NCBI GenBank assembly: GCA_001687465.1
Contig: LVLI01000370.1
Coordinates: 1-55,390 of the forward strand
Length of the DNA stretch: 55,390 nucleotides
From: Halocafeteria seosinensis
Taxonomy: Eukaryota
Reading direction: 5' to 3'
In this document: positions 13,076 through 26,313 of the stretch, piece by piece
How positions within the stretch are numbered: position 1 is the stretch's first letter
Layout of the letters: each line of letters starts with the position of its first letter
The notes under the pieces: generated by a model
The model's input: the letters and a program-made list of their open reading frames with translations, nothing else
Databases searched by the model: none
What the model was told of the DNA's origin: nothing
Made by a program: the position numbers and the translations under genes

Positions 13076-15284
13076 ATGTCAGAGAGCGCGTCGACCGAGC
13101 AAGATATCCACCATAACCAGTATATGGAGCCTTCCTCCTCTTTAGGAGGCCATGGGGCCTCTACCAATGGTGATGCGTTTTCTCATGCCGAGTATCATGA
13201 AAGCGGAGGCCATGTTGGGAGGGAGGACCTCGACGACGAAGGAGGAAACGATTTGGCGGAGGAAATTGAGAGCAACATCTACCATGGCATCAGTGAACAG
13301 CAAGAGCAACCCGAAACTACAGCCGCCGAAGCGTTGTCCTCCTCGATGAAGATGTTCAATTATAAGCCGAAAACTCAGCAGCAAAATAACACGGATAACG
13401 CGGGCACAACGGCGACCTCTCCTGCAGAGGACACCAGTGGCACCCGAGCTGCTGATGGTACAACATGTAATGACGGTGATGTTGGCGACGACGGTATAGA
13501 GGGACAAAAGGGAGTTCTGAAGCCACCTAAGAAACCTCTTTCTGCGTTCTTCTTTTTTTCAAGTGAGAGGCGTCCAATTATACAGAAGGAATTCCCAGGT
13601 GAGTAGCTCCAGGGTGCCTGCCTTCTCTCTAAGCGCCGTATGCGTCGTACTTTCTTCCAGATCTTGGCATTGGCAAGATTCAAATAAAAGTAGGCGAAGA
13701 GTGGGCGAATCTCGACTCGGAAACGAAGGCCGTACGTGACGAATCTAAGTGCCACCGACTGTGTTTAGCCATACTTGTCGCGTCGATTGCAGAAATACCA
13801 AACGAGAGCCGAGAAGGCAAAGGAGGAATATCAACAGAAGTTGAAGGAGGTAAGTGGTTACTGTAGGACTCATTCAACAGCTCCTACGGAAATCCGTGTG
13901 GGCTGTGTCTGCAGTATCAAGAGAAGATACGGAAATACCCTCATTTGGCTCCCCAAAAGAGCTCAGAATCTTCCGACTCGGATAGTCTGACAAATTCAGT
14001 ATTCCCGTTAGGTAAGCGGAAGGCCACCTCACTGGGAAATAGATCATCGAATGAGTTTTAGTGTTGTGCGACTGTACAGCCCGTGTCAAAAAAGTTGTGA
14101 AAGCGGATCCTGATATCCACAACGTTTCGAAAGAGGCGATGCTAGTATCGATGAAGGCTGCAGTAAGCACGGATTACTTTGAAATCTGCTCTAGGAGCAG
14201 CTTTATAATGTTTGTTCCGCTCTTCCAGGAATATTTTTTGGAAGACTTGTTTGACACGGCAATGACGGCAGCGACGCGGTCGGGAAAGAAAAAGGTAGAC
14301 GCGGAGGTAATCGGTACGTTTTATCATGGAATCGTGGATACACTGTTTCTTCCAGTTCTAATTCGACTCTTCGCAGGCTCGTGTGCTAGAAAATTCCCAG
14401 TCTATAACTTCTTGGCGGATGATTTCCCGGCTGACCTTGACTACTCCGTGTTTGACAAGGGGACAAAAGAAGAAGATACACCAAAGACCTCTCAAACCAA
14501 GAGCGTCGCCACTAACACGGCAAAGGTCTCTTCCTCGTCCGCTTTGACAAACTTCATGTCCACTAAGTCGGCAACCAGCTCTGAGTTGTGGCACCAACCA
14601 TTGAACGCTCCGGAACTAGAGCCTGCTCCGATAGCTAGGCCTAGTGCCGAGAACGAAACGGCGTCAACTGAGCACAGTGGGACAGAAGCGGGAAAAGCTG
14701 AAGAGTCCGATGCAATTGAGCGTACTGCTTCGAAGACCCAAAAAGGATCGGGCTCAACTCGTGAGAAAAGCAAGAAACCAACTAAAGGAAAGTCGAATGC
14801 CCCCAAAGTAGCGCCGCTTGGGGGCTTCTTCACACAAGTGGACCCTAATGAACGGTTTGCTCAGCACACGAAAGCATTGGGTGAATTAGAAAGCGCGAGG
14901 CAAGAAGAGGAGCGCAAGAAAGAAGAAGAACGTCAGAAGGAAGAGCGAGAGGAAGTTGTTGAATTAGATCAGGATGAAGAAAATGTGCCGCAAGCGGATG
15001 ACGAAGGTTTGGATAGTGATGAGAACGAAGGAGAAGCAGTCTCGCTCGATGCGCTTCGAGAAAAACACGGAAAGAAGAGGAAGAATACCAAACGTAAAAA
15101 GCAACCAAAGAAGGATGGTACAGCCAAGAAAAAACTGCGTACGAAAAAGACCAAAGCTTCTACCCAAGGGAAAGCGTCACATACTCCAACGCAAGCCGCG
15201 AGCACTGAAGATAAGGCAGGAGAAAATGACACTACCGCCGATAAAAACGTTGAGGATGGCGCGATGTTTTTCCCGAGCATGTGA
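13076..15284 (+). CDS. HMG-box protein fused to an H2A-type histone fold (POLE4/CHRAC1/NF-YC-like) with an acidic/basic tail
   Basis: The spliced product has PPKKPLSAFFFFSSERRP...VGEEWANLDSETKAKYQTRAEKAKEEY (HMG box), then FPLARVKKVVKADPD...EA...KAAEYFLEDL...KKKV...YNFL (histone fold). Six short GT-AG introns keep the frame. Confidence 0.8.
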
Positions 15285-15314
15285 TTCAATTACGCCGAAT
15301 CTATACCTATGCAG

Positions 15315-16638
15315 CTACCATAACGGGGCTAGCATCTTCACGATTACGTCGTATCCCGAGAGCGTGATGCTCTGACCAAATGCAACCCGTGGTAATCTTG
15401 CAGCAGTTCCCTTCCAGAAGGACAAAATGCCTTCATGTTTCAGCATCTGTATAACGCAATCAAGACTATGTTTATAGTACTTGGCTTCCAGTCCTTGCAT
15501 TCGAGTTTTCACCACGTCGAATGGCATCGTCCCCAAGACTGATACAATACCAGCTGTACCACCGCCGACGAAAGATTTCCAAAAGGGGACGGGGCCATCT
15601 TTGGAGCTCCCTTGTAGCAGCTGCACGCCCGAGATAAGAGCAAACGTTCGACTTTACACAAGCACTACACGCAATTACCCAATGGTTAGTGTACGACTTA
15701 CTTTCTTAATTTCTTCGAATACCATGAACCGGATACCCTGGTTCCCCATTTGCTTTCCAAGCGTAGGCGCGACACCACGGTAAACTCCTGTGATTCCTTC
15801 CTCTTTGAACACTTCCTTAATGCCGTGGAACAGACCTCTGAACCTAGGATTGTCGCTATTTTGGTCATGAATCAACTTCGTTTTCATAGTTTCTGTACAT
15901 AGGGCACATCCGCGTAATTTTCGTCATGGTCCTTACCCTTACGCTTTTTATAAGCAACATTGACTTACCAACAGGGATCACAACAGCTAATGATTCAATA
16001 GCACCTGTTCCCATTCCGGCTATCAAGGTCCTTGTGGGTGTCAAGTTTCCATCTTTGTCCTGTATGCCAAGAGCCACTCGGACTTATTCGCACAGAATTA
16101 GAAATAAATCGTCTACTTGAATCGATGCCTACCTTGACTAGTTTCTTGAGTTGGCCATAGGCGGTGAAGCGCACGCTTGTCTTGGGCACCGTTCCTGCCA
16201 AAAGGGACGAAAGTCCTCGGTACAACGCCAAGGGTCCTTTGTCCTTGACGATTTTCTTCTGCAGAGCGGGGAAAAAACAAAACAAACAAAAAACGCGGGG
16301 TGAGACACATGCTCTTTCTTCGTCTTTGTGGAGGGCAAAGAAAGACCACTTACGGCACAATCTATGGAATTTTTAAAGCGAGGAGGCTTTCCATCCTCCC
16401 TTCGACGTTCCAACTGGAGCTGGGTCTTCACATATTCTGTTGGATACATGATGGCTACTTCAATCCCTGCAAAACCAATGCCCCGGTGCGACGCAGATGA
16501 GCTTTAGTAATAAAGCGTCCACCAGAAGACACATATATTGGATGCCAACGTACCTCCTGCAAGACCGCCAGCAATGCAATGCTTGACAGGTCCAATAGGG
16601 GTTCCATCCTTGTTTGTGACAGTTGTTTTGGAGGACAT
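15315..16638 (-). CDS. Mitochondrial tricarboxylate/citrate carrier (SLC25A1/CTP1-like)
   Basis: Three carrier signatures ([25 protein letters not shown]) over six exons, plus [10 protein letters not shown] and [10 protein letters not shown], typical of citrate carriers. Confidence 0.9.
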
Positions 16639-17044
16639 GGTTTTCTACGACAACACTACAGAAGAAAAAGCAAGAGTTCGTTCTATGACGCGATTCCTGT
16701 TCTACAGTGAGCTATGAACTAAAAGAGATCGGGAAAGAGCTGTGTAAAGCCTCTATTTGACAGCTGGAAGTGGGGCTGACACCTTTGAACCCTCAAAAAT
16801 GAAGTGAATACGAGCTGCTTTACGGACAAAGCAAGCTCAATCGACTGATATACATGTACACGCTCGTACACGAAGCGCTGAGGGAACAAACATCGAGCAC
16901 GATCCAGTACCATGTGCATTGCATGAATTTGCATCCACAATCAACTCAACTTCAACGTCAAGAAATAATAGTTCTGTTGGCTTGTAGCCCCATAGTATGC
17001 ATAAACGGAAGAATTGATGAAAAGTTGCCCAGTTGGAGGCCAAG

Positions 17045-17627
17045 ATGCAGGTCAAAGAGGCGTCTCCGGTCCTGATGACCAACACGGAGGTGTTGGAGAT
17101 GCTGTACAAACGCTCTGACCGCAGAAAACAAAGCCACAAGGAGATCTCACCCTCAGCCATGGGACCCTCTTTGGAGCATTTAGAGTGGATAGAGGAACAT
17201 GTAAGGCGAATATTGCAAAATTTTCCCCTGTGTCCACAGAACGTGTATCACGGATTGGCTCCCCCGACATACAGACAATGGAGTACCTCCGGGAGCAGGA
17301 CTGTGATTGCCAATCGAGGGAATCCGTGGCACGAACTCTGGAAGCGCTCAAGCGCCATGATACTTTGAAAGATTTGACCGATGGAGAGAAACTACAAGTC
17401 GTCAATCATGCCGCACATTCCGAACTAGACGCACACCTGGTATGTTCGAAGCTTCCGCCAACAATTAGCTAAATAGCGATAATTGGGTTTTATTCCTGCA
17501 GATTATTGAAAAGTGCGCAGAGAGGTTCTCTGAACAGGATATCAACGACCTCATCCAAATTGTAGCCCAGAATCTATGGGAACAAAAACCTATTAGAAGT
17601 ACTTATAAGTATCCGGAGGGGTCATAG
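17045..17627 (+). CDS. CRCP: RNA polymerase III subunit RPC9/C17 (CRCP; Rpb4 family)
   Basis: MQVKEASPVLMTNTEVLEML...TMEYL...LTDGEKLQVVNH...LIIEKCAERFSE over three exons. The 3' end could include one more intron. Confidence 0.8.
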
Positions 17628-17813
17628 TCTAGCTCTTTACCAGAGAACACAGCGGTGTGTACATTCAGGATGTGTGCATGGATTGTGTCGGATGACGATC
17701 TTCCCTCTGGACGCCGTGGAGGTCTATCGTAATCCCAGCATTGCCCAACATGACCGCAAGCGTAAGGCAACGTTTCGTTGTTGCGCTATCTCAAGGCCAT
17801 TGAAGAAGTAAAA

Positions 17814-19873
17814 TCAGCTTCCTCGTGCATCTATTGCGTCGTTATCATCGAAACCAGCGAAACGGTCGCCTGCTCGATCACGGTTGGTTGAAGAATCGCG
17901 ATTCTTGGAACCTCTCAGATGGTCGGATCGCTTTACCTTCCATCTCAAGAGGGAGGTTAAGTCGCTCTTGACAACGTTAACATAGGCACCCATTTTGGCA
18001 TTTCCCTTTGCCATACCAAGTAACATACGAGCGCGCTCAGTCGCTTTGCGGTTGTCTTCTGAGTAACCAGAGTGTCGTTGCCTTAATTGGTAGGCACGCT
18101 CAAAGTAATGTACGGCATCATCTAGTTCGTTGTTTTTACTAGCTACGGTTCCAAGGTTAATGCAAGCATCCGCTTGAGCACCTAAATTATTCGTCCCCTC
18201 AGCAACGCGAAGGAACTCTTTCAAACACTCCATAGCTTTATCAGCGTACTCACCACCAATTTTCTGATACGCAGCGGCAAGAGCCCCATAGGCCTCTCCC
18301 TGTGCCTCCATACCTTCCTCTCCTTGCATACTCTTGGCGATACTGAGATATCCTCGGAGATAAAATATGGCCTTATCCGGATCTCCTTGGTTAATGTAGA
18401 CTTTACCTACAGCATAGCTTGCTTTGCCTTCAGCTTCCCTGTCTCCAGCGTTCTGCGCCGCTTCGAACGCTTTTAAATATAAATCCAACGCTTCCGCCAT
18501 GCTTCCATCAGCAGCGCTTCGACGCGAACCCCTACTCTCCCCGTCTCCGACGGAATCATCGAAGTGCGAGGACGCTCGGGAAGTCGGCCTGTTAGCTTCT
18601 GAGCCTGTGCTTGCTGATGAACTAGGTCGCTCCCTTGTAACCCTGGCCAATCGTTCCCGCTCACTATCATCAGCTCGTTCTTCAATAAGTTCTGCCCTTT
18701 TACTATAGGTTCGGATGAGCTGCTGATTGGACAAGCGGATCTCGTAGCGATCACCCTCCTCCTCGGCGAGTTTACGGTGCAATTCGTGGTAGTCGGTGGC
18801 AGTCTCATGCTCATCCATAGCTTCATGAATTTTCCCTAATTCCTGTGCCGTTCGCATTTCAGTTTTAACATCAGCATTCACTCTAACGTACTCAAGACAG
18901 CGCTCCAGGAAATACGCTGAAGTAGTATACTCATGGCTTTCTCGGAAATGGTCGGACAGAACGAAGTGGCAATCTATGGCAGTGTCTTTGTTCCCTGTGA
19001 CAATCCACGATGTCATCAACACGCATCAAGTGAGAAAGCGGTTAAAGCGTTCTAGATCGGCTATGTTGACGTACCTTTCCGTGTTGCTCGTTCAATATCA
19101 CATAAATGCTTCTGGAGGAAAGACATCTCGTCGAAACTGGGATCGGCATGACTCTCACCTTCCTTGTGGTGTTTATCACGCTGCAACCCTCGGTGAGGAG
19201 CCTGAGCCATCTTTGATTGATCGGTATCTCCAAGGCGGTGCGTTAAATAGAAGAAATCGATGAAGGCTTCGACATGTCCAGTCACCAGAATATCAATGCA
19301 ATGTTGCATCTTCGTAGAAACCGGCCTTACTTCTAACGCTCCTGACATCCGCCGCTGCGTCAAAGAAACTCATCTCACGGCTGCATGAACCCTTATGCGT
19401 GATTACCTTCCTTTCATCTCACAACTTACGTTGGCCATTCGTTGAGCGGAAGCCTTTACGGCTGGCGACGAAACATGGACCGCATTCTTGGACTGAGAGT
19501 CTGCGTGCTTTCCACCTTCCTCCTCCAGCGGGTAGTTATTTGTCTGGCTTCCTTCGTAATAGGAACGCCATCCTTGTTCGTTTCCACCACCACCAGCCTC
19601 ATCCTCCAAGAGCATCGCTCTAATTTGTGCGCTTTGTTTATCTGTGCTCGACAGATGTTGTGACTGTTGGCTGCGCTGCTGTTGCATTTTCTTCCGTACA
19701 CGGCGCGATAAGGGCGGTTGCCCAGTTTGGTACTGGCGAACCGGAGACGAGAGACCTACATCAGTCTTACTGGTCTCTTTATCGAGGTGTGAGGAGGACT
19801 GGTAGGTTGAGTCGTGAAGACTGCCGCTGCTCTCGTCCAGACGAGGTCGTTGACTGCGCTCCTTCCCCTGCAT
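17814..19873 (-). CDS. TTC29: Tetratricopeptide repeat protein 29-like (flagellar TPR protein)
   Basis: CIDILVTGHVEAFIDFFYLTH, TPR repeats, and C-terminal RARMLLGMAKGNAKM...DLTSLLRWK. Three exons with GTAAGT and GTACGT donors in compatible phases. Confidence 0.8.
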
Positions 19874-20271
19874 GATCCTTTCTATTCCCCGTCGTCGGCA
19901 GACATTGGTAAGCGCGCACCACTGTACAAACTCAAGAACAAGTGTGTGTGAAATGGCGCCCACAACAAGTGTAAGCTAAGCGTAAAGACAACACCTCTTT
20001 AACGGTGCTTTCTGAAGTGAAACAATTGTTTACCTTGTTGAAGGCCGTCACTTCAGTTTACTGGCAGTAAATTACTGCTTGGTATTACAAGTTGGTAATA
20101 TCCTCGTTTTACGACGGCATTGGTCGTTATCATTGAATAAAACAATTTTAGAAGGGAAACAAATCATGCAAGCCTTCAACTAGACTCTCGTACAAACCGG
20201 AGACTGCAACAGGACACATAGTTGTACAACACAGTACTGTATTCCAGAGACCACCAAATACGAAGTCTTTC

Positions 20272-20408
20272 TGTGGGGATTCGAGCTGTTAGTCAATAGG
20301 GATAGGTAGTACCGTAAAATGCTGATGAACGGAATTGGACTAAACTTGATGATTGTGACGCACTCCTTTTGTGGAGATTCGAGCTGTTAGGCATCAGGTG
20401 GTACTGTA
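20272..20408. repeat. Short imperfect direct repeat, two copies 98 bp apart
   Basis: TGTGGGGATTCGAGCTGTTAG (20272-20292) and TGTGGAGATTCGAGCTGTTAG (20370-20390), each followed shortly by AGGTRGTACYGTA. Confidence 0.7.
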
Positions 20409-21557
20409 GCCTTGTCTGTCTTCACGGTGCATGGATGTAGTCCTGATCCATTGGAATATTCAGCCTGTAGGCCACAAATTGTACACTCTACTACCACGAA
20501 GTTGGAACCATCGAGTACCAAACTCCCTTCCAAGAAACACGAACCAAAGAGTCATGGCGACCTCGGTAACAGCCAGCGTTTATTCAGGTAAAGACGTGGA
20601 GTCCGAGGAATCGTTATTCATGGAAATAGGGAATGCTGTATCGATCTTATTGTATCGGCAAACATATTGAAGAGGAGGAATACCGGTATGTAGTAGCGCC
20701 TAAATGGAGCCAAGAAGGGCTTCTCGAAGCTCAACAACTACTCATGTAACACTGAAGAAAAACTGTGCCACCATAGTAAAGGACTGTCCATCCCTCTATT
20801 ACGCACGTAACACTGTCGTCCTAAGTCCTCGATCGATTCACACGCTTGGAAGTTGGAAATAGGATAAGGCATAATGTATTTGAGTTATGGTACGGAAAAT
20901 GTACCGTGTCAGTGTCCAGTTAGGCTTCCTCTCATCTGATCTTTGCAAACTCTGTATAAAAGTATGCAACAACGCTGTTTTTATAAAAGTATTTTGGAGC
21001 AATATGTTGAAATAATACCAAAGACATTTCGACATCAACGTTACGTCAGAATTGCCACCGCCACACACTTCCAGCTGCACTTCGCACCCGTAACTATTCG
21101 GCGGCGGTATCACACTCTGAAGCGCTGTACATCCAGAAGACGGCCATTCAGCTGCACCATCAGACCAAATGGACTCCAAGTTTTGGCAGGAACTCGTCTT
21201 CTTTTTTATCGGTAGGGCTCTGAGAGTCTGACAGTGCATGTCTGCCTAAGGCAGTGCCGCAGCGACCTCCTCCAACTGAAAAAAACCTAGTCGGCGCGTT
21301 GTTCTTGTTAGGAGACAGTATGACAAGCTTGAAGTCCAACTGGTTCATTTAGAAACCTACTCAACAAAGAGGAGGCAGGGATGGGTATACAGTTGCAGTA
21401 AGCGAAGACTTGAAAATGCTCTGAGTGAACGACGTCGCATCCTGCAGATTCACAAGTAGCACGGACGGAACATTACACCTTTAGTTTATCGATCTGCTGT
21501 ATTGGAGCGTCAGGCTAGAACAAGTTGAACAACGCTCTAACGGCCAGGTAACAGATA

Positions 21558-22520
21558 ATGACCCGTTCTCTACAGTATAGAGTTGCGGGTAAGTAGGGGC
21601 TCGTTAGTCGCGTAAAGTGTTGCTCCGACCTTGCATTGCATACCTCAATCTGGCCGCCGTCAATGAGTGCACGCAGGTGTGGTACTCGGTCTGTTGAGCA
21701 TCGTATGTGTTTCTATCACCCTCGCTTTGCCAACTTGGTTTGATGCTGACGTGCCGCAAGATGGAGAAAAACGGAATGGACATGCAGGTACTGTTCCTAG
21801 AACTGCATTGATTGTATTGCTTGGTCTTGCATTGTACTTGTTTTCTCTGTCTTGCATCCATGCAGGACTCTTCCAGTTCTGTCTTAACGTGGGTATTATG
21901 CTTTTTGTGGAAAGTATCGTTGTCGCGCCCGCGTTAACTATGAGTCGAGATGTGCTTTGCTTGCAGGAGGAGGACGAGTCAAAAGTAGAGACGGCAGATT
22001 GTAGGACGGCAAAATGGCAAAGAGAGTCTATAGAGGATGATGAGGAGAAAAACGCTCAGGTAATCAGAAGGATGTTTGCGCAACTCATTGCTGCCAGAAT
22101 AGCCCAGCTTGTAGGGGGGCTGATTATGTTTGCGTTAATTGTGCGTTACGCGTGTACGAGCTCGCGACACGGAGCGCTAGTTGATACTCTCATTGCTGGT
22201 AGGTTCTTTCCTCTAACAATCCATCAAATGTTGCTCTATATAAGTTTGGTGAAACTGCAGCTTCTCTGTTTGCCTTAGTGAACCTCCTTTTCGTTGAAAT
22301 GCGAACACATCCGCACGAAGTGCTTCGGATGTATGATCTTCTTGGAGCTTTGGACTATAATGAGGATGACCAAAACAATCTGATAGGAGACGATGTTAAG
22401 CCTGAGCTGCGTTTTGGCTCCAGTTGGATAATTGGCTGGTTAATAGTTGTGTTAGTGGTCTGGACTGGAGTCGCACTACATCTTTCTCGGAAACACGCAG
22501 TGCTTGATCTTCATACATAG
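21558..22520 (+). CDS. Claudin/PMP22-like four-TM membrane protein, paralog A (5 exons)
   Basis: Introns 21589-21676, 21788-21865, 21889-21966 and 22199-22260 give an intact frame with TM1, LPTW...GLFQFC...C, and three more hydrophobic helices. Confidence 0.7.
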
Positions 22521-23088
22521 TCAATTCAATTCCAAATTTGAAATGAATACAGATGAAAGGTGTTGCGATGACGTTCACTTTTGGAAAATGGTTCCAGTTG
22601 TGCCGGCGTTGCACACGATGGTGTGGTTGCAGGTGGGTTTCTGCTCCCGGGCAACCAACATCGGCAGAATTCGATGGGCGATAGTTGCTTGACAAGTCTT
22701 GGGAAACCAATTTGGTACAATTAGAGTCGCACAATTGTACGGCAGTAGACAAATTCATAATACCAATACTACTTTAAGACTTCCCTTTCGTTCCTTGTGG
22801 CGTCGCAACTTGGTGCGACGGTTAGGTCGCATCTTCATTCGTCGCTGCGCAAGACATCACGCACTGAGTACACCACAAGAGGAATGGTATAAAGTCTATT
22901 CGTTATTTGGTTTAGTTGCACATGTATCTGTTCGACGTGAAACTTGTCTCGTGCATGCTGACGTTAGGGAACAATTAGACGTAGTCAGCGAACAAGACAG
23001 CACTGGCTTGCAACACTTATCACCGGAAATCACTTTTACCTATGCAATGATGGTGTGGTCAATGCTCGTCGGATAGAAGTAGTGAAGG

Positions 23089-24004
23089 ATGGGGTTCGAT
23101 CGCTATGCGAAACTAGGTAAGTCGAACGAGCTGCTTCTAGCAGTAGCGTGTCCTCCCCGTGTTCAATATGACCTCCTTACAGCCGGCATACTGTCATTTA
23201 TGGCGATGTTCATAGCGGGGTTGATCTTAGTAGTACCTTCTTGGCTAGAAGTGAACCATGGAGATGGCAGGAAAGATCGAACAGGTAAGCAACTGCTGCG
23301 CTTCGGCACTTCGTATACTGCGCTGCAACCGTTGAATTCCTCAATCGCAGGGCTCTTCCATTACTGTGTGGAGGTTGGTAAAAGATTGATATTTCTGATT
23401 GGCGCAATTATCTTATTGAATTCGTACAGGTGGATACACTAGGGGACTTTTCCCAGCAGGACGAGAAATGCAGCACCGTGGGGTGGATACCCCAGTCGAC
23501 CGAAGATAAACCTCCATCTGGAACAAATCGTCTTTACGTTGAATTTACAGCTTCTCGTGTTTCTATGGTTTTGGCAACAGCGTGTCTTGGGTATATCGGT
23601 GTTAGGACCCTTTGTTATCGAATTGAGGTCCGCACCGGATATGACAGTTACGTCGTGTTCGCATCAGGTAGGTTCCTCAACGCGCTTCCGCTGTTGCCTC
23701 GCGATATTTGCTTTAAAGCGTTGCTTCTACTGCAGCTATTCTATGTGCCCTGACGAGTGCTTTAATGTTTGATCTCCGGCGGAATAGTGAAGCTCTAGCG
23801 TATATGTACTTCTACTTAGGAGCTGCTTCAGAACCGGACGAAGATATCGAAAAGAGTGTTCAGTATAGTATTTGCTGGCAAGTGAGCTGGGCCATTGTAT
23901 TGGGGATTATTGCAATTCTGTATACTCTCTATTTGGGCAAGAAACATCTGAGAGAAGAAGTGTACGATGCATACGAACACAGGCGACTTCAAGCGGTAGA
24001 TTGA
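23089..24004 (+). CDS. Claudin/PMP22-like four-TM membrane protein, paralog B (5 exons)
   Basis: Introns 23117-23182, 23285-23350, 23374-23429 and 23668-23735 sit at the same positions and phases as in paralog A. Motifs VPSW...GLFHYC...C and LYVEFTASRV. Confidence 0.7.
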
Positions 24005-24867
24005 GCCGTCGTTTTTGATGTCGCTCTGAATTTGTTCGCTGGTAATCATCATAATATTTTTTATCGGTTACTGTAATAGCATATGGAGTTTGAAAGCATC
24101 AAGAAGATTCGCTCTCGTTAAACTATGACAACCTACAAAGAGACTTCCCGCTCAAATTCGCTGAACGACGGCTTGATGCAAACGTGGCACCGTACTCATG
24201 GCCTCATGGGTGGGAAATTTGGGCTAAGGACAGAGCTTGCTTGGCGAATCACTTCCCACTCTTGCCGTATTGGAAGGAAGGGCAGGAATTTAAGCACCCA
24301 TGCAACTATTACTAGTTACGTAACGCTCGACATTGGCTAGAGCGGAGCACGACGAAAGAAGCTGTAAAACGGCCTGCGACAACATGTTCTAGATCGTCAC
24401 CAAAGCAACACATAGCTTTGGAATCACTCGGTGGCCTTCATCACTCTCGCGAAACCCGGTCTCTTCTATGTGGGATGCAGGCTAAAACTGTGACAGCGTT
24501 GTTTATGTTTTGGGTGCTTAGAATATCTCGTCTCGAAACTTCCATCAACGTTGTAGGCCGCAGGGTTGGATGCAACCTGAACGAGTGTGATGCAATCGGC
24601 AAATTCTTGTAAATTTCCTGCAACTATACATAGACAGCTGAATCAACAGATTGGCCTTCTAGTCTTACGAAGTCATCAAGTGAGATCGAGGAGTATAGGT
24701 GGGCCATCAGAAGTACAGAACATTATTTTCTCCCTGAAACACCCCAGACATCAACGTAGCACAATCGCGTTTATCGGTTTCAAACTCTTCAATATTCTCC
24801 CCTAAATTTCAACGTGTGTATTAGTATTGCAGAAGACTACACGCTACGCCGTGTAAGGCATGAATCT

Positions 24868-25980
24868 TTAGCGGAACCGGTCAAACATGTTCACGTTGTG
24901 GCGCATCAACGCGACAGACACTTTGGCCGTCATCAGCTTGCGAAAGTTCCGCATCTCCCTTGTTCCCCAGCGGCAGCCCGGTACTTTCCTGGAACTTGAT
25001 CGCGTCCTCCCCGAAGCCATCCGTCGTCTCCATCGCGAACGGGATAATTTCCGTATGGTGGTCCCTCAGATACCCGTATTTTGTCCGCTTCTGCCGCGAT
25101 GGAGAGGGGCCTTCCTGCTGCCCTGGCTAGTCTGTCTCTCGTGAGCGGGTTTTGCACCGTCACATCGACATACACTGTGCTCGTTGGGCCCTTCGCTACC
25201 AGCCTCGCTTTTCCTTCGTTTCGAGTACCTCTCTCTCCACTGGCATTTGGCTCATGCGGAGGTAGTTCTCCAGTTCCACTGATATCCTGTCATGACGGCG
25301 GATCCTTTACGTGGCGTTCGCTTCTTTGCCGCACTCCAAAGCGTGGTGCAGCAGCTCGTGGATCGGTCCTTCTCCACAGCATTCACCGGATTGCCCCGTA
25401 AACAAGTTAGTTTGGGAGAGCCCTAGGCGTAGACGCACTGCTACAATGTACTCGGCGTCGGTTAGTGTAAATCCTTTACTTGGTGCTGCGTATAGCCATG
25501 TAGCTGCTCCGTCCGCTTGGCAGGCCGTCAGTAACGCTTTCTGCTGCGGGTTCAGGGTCCCTTTCAGGGTCCTTGTAGGTACTCTCTGCAACATCTTGCC
25601 CAGGTGTTTTTGTAGCTTCGGTTTGCTCCAGTAGCCTTCGTAGTTTGCATCCGGGAGTCCGATCGTGTCTTGTAGCGCGTTCTGACTCTCCGCGAGCCAT
25701 GGCGGCGGCTTCTTGCGGTATTGCGCGAGCGGGTCCTGCTCATCTCCTGCCGCTTGTTGAATCTTTTTCGACGCGTAGATCGACCCGGCGATCTGCGATG
25801 CTTCTACTGCGTGGTATGGGATGACTATCCCCAGTCCTCCTGCCTTTGAGGACAGCTTGGCTTGTGCAACGGTGTGAGCGGGCAGCTCGTCTTGCCATTT
25901 CAGCGCTCAACGTGCACGCACTGCACGGTCGCAAGCGATGAGCGACCGTTGAGTCACGGCGTTGACGGATGCTGTTCGTA
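24868..25980 (-). mobile_element. Decayed, 5'-truncated non-LTR retrotransposon with a restriction-like endonuclease (CRE-like)
   Basis: Frameshifted motifs in the expected order: QAKLSSKAGGLGI (about 25865-25825), GAATWLYAAP...LTDAEYIVAVRLRLG...C...HHALEC (zinc knuckle), YVDVTVQNP, KY...IIPFAMETTDGFGEDA, and VSVALMRHN...stop at 24868. Confidence 0.8.
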
Positions 25981-26313
25981 CTCTATAGACTCTTTGACTT
26001 CTCCGGAATTGGTATGCAGCTGAAATGAAAACTTGGACTCAAAATCATCCCCACCATTCACTTCATGTGCTTTAGAACAGGCCCTGAGCGCAAGAGAATT
26101 CACCGCTCCTCGGAGTGCGCATTACCGATACTGCACACCTGTATACCGACTAGAAGGTGAACTCGCATGACAACGACGTCGAAAACCATTCACCTGCCAC
26201 TCCTCGGTTCTGTATTGCAAGGCATGAGCTGATGCAGCCAAAATCTGGCTTGCTTCCCCCTGCGGGTGTCGAACCGGTTGTCGAACACTAACCACCACGT
26301 TGGCACCATCAGA

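Noticed and set aside
20272..20408. Two 21-bp repeats as a CRISPR array or tRNA B-boxes
   Set aside because: Only two copies with a 77-nt gap, a eukaryotic context, no cas genes and no cloverleaf pairing.
24800..24807. CCCTAAA telomere-like unit near the retroelement 3' end
   Set aside because: A single heptamer is expected by chance.
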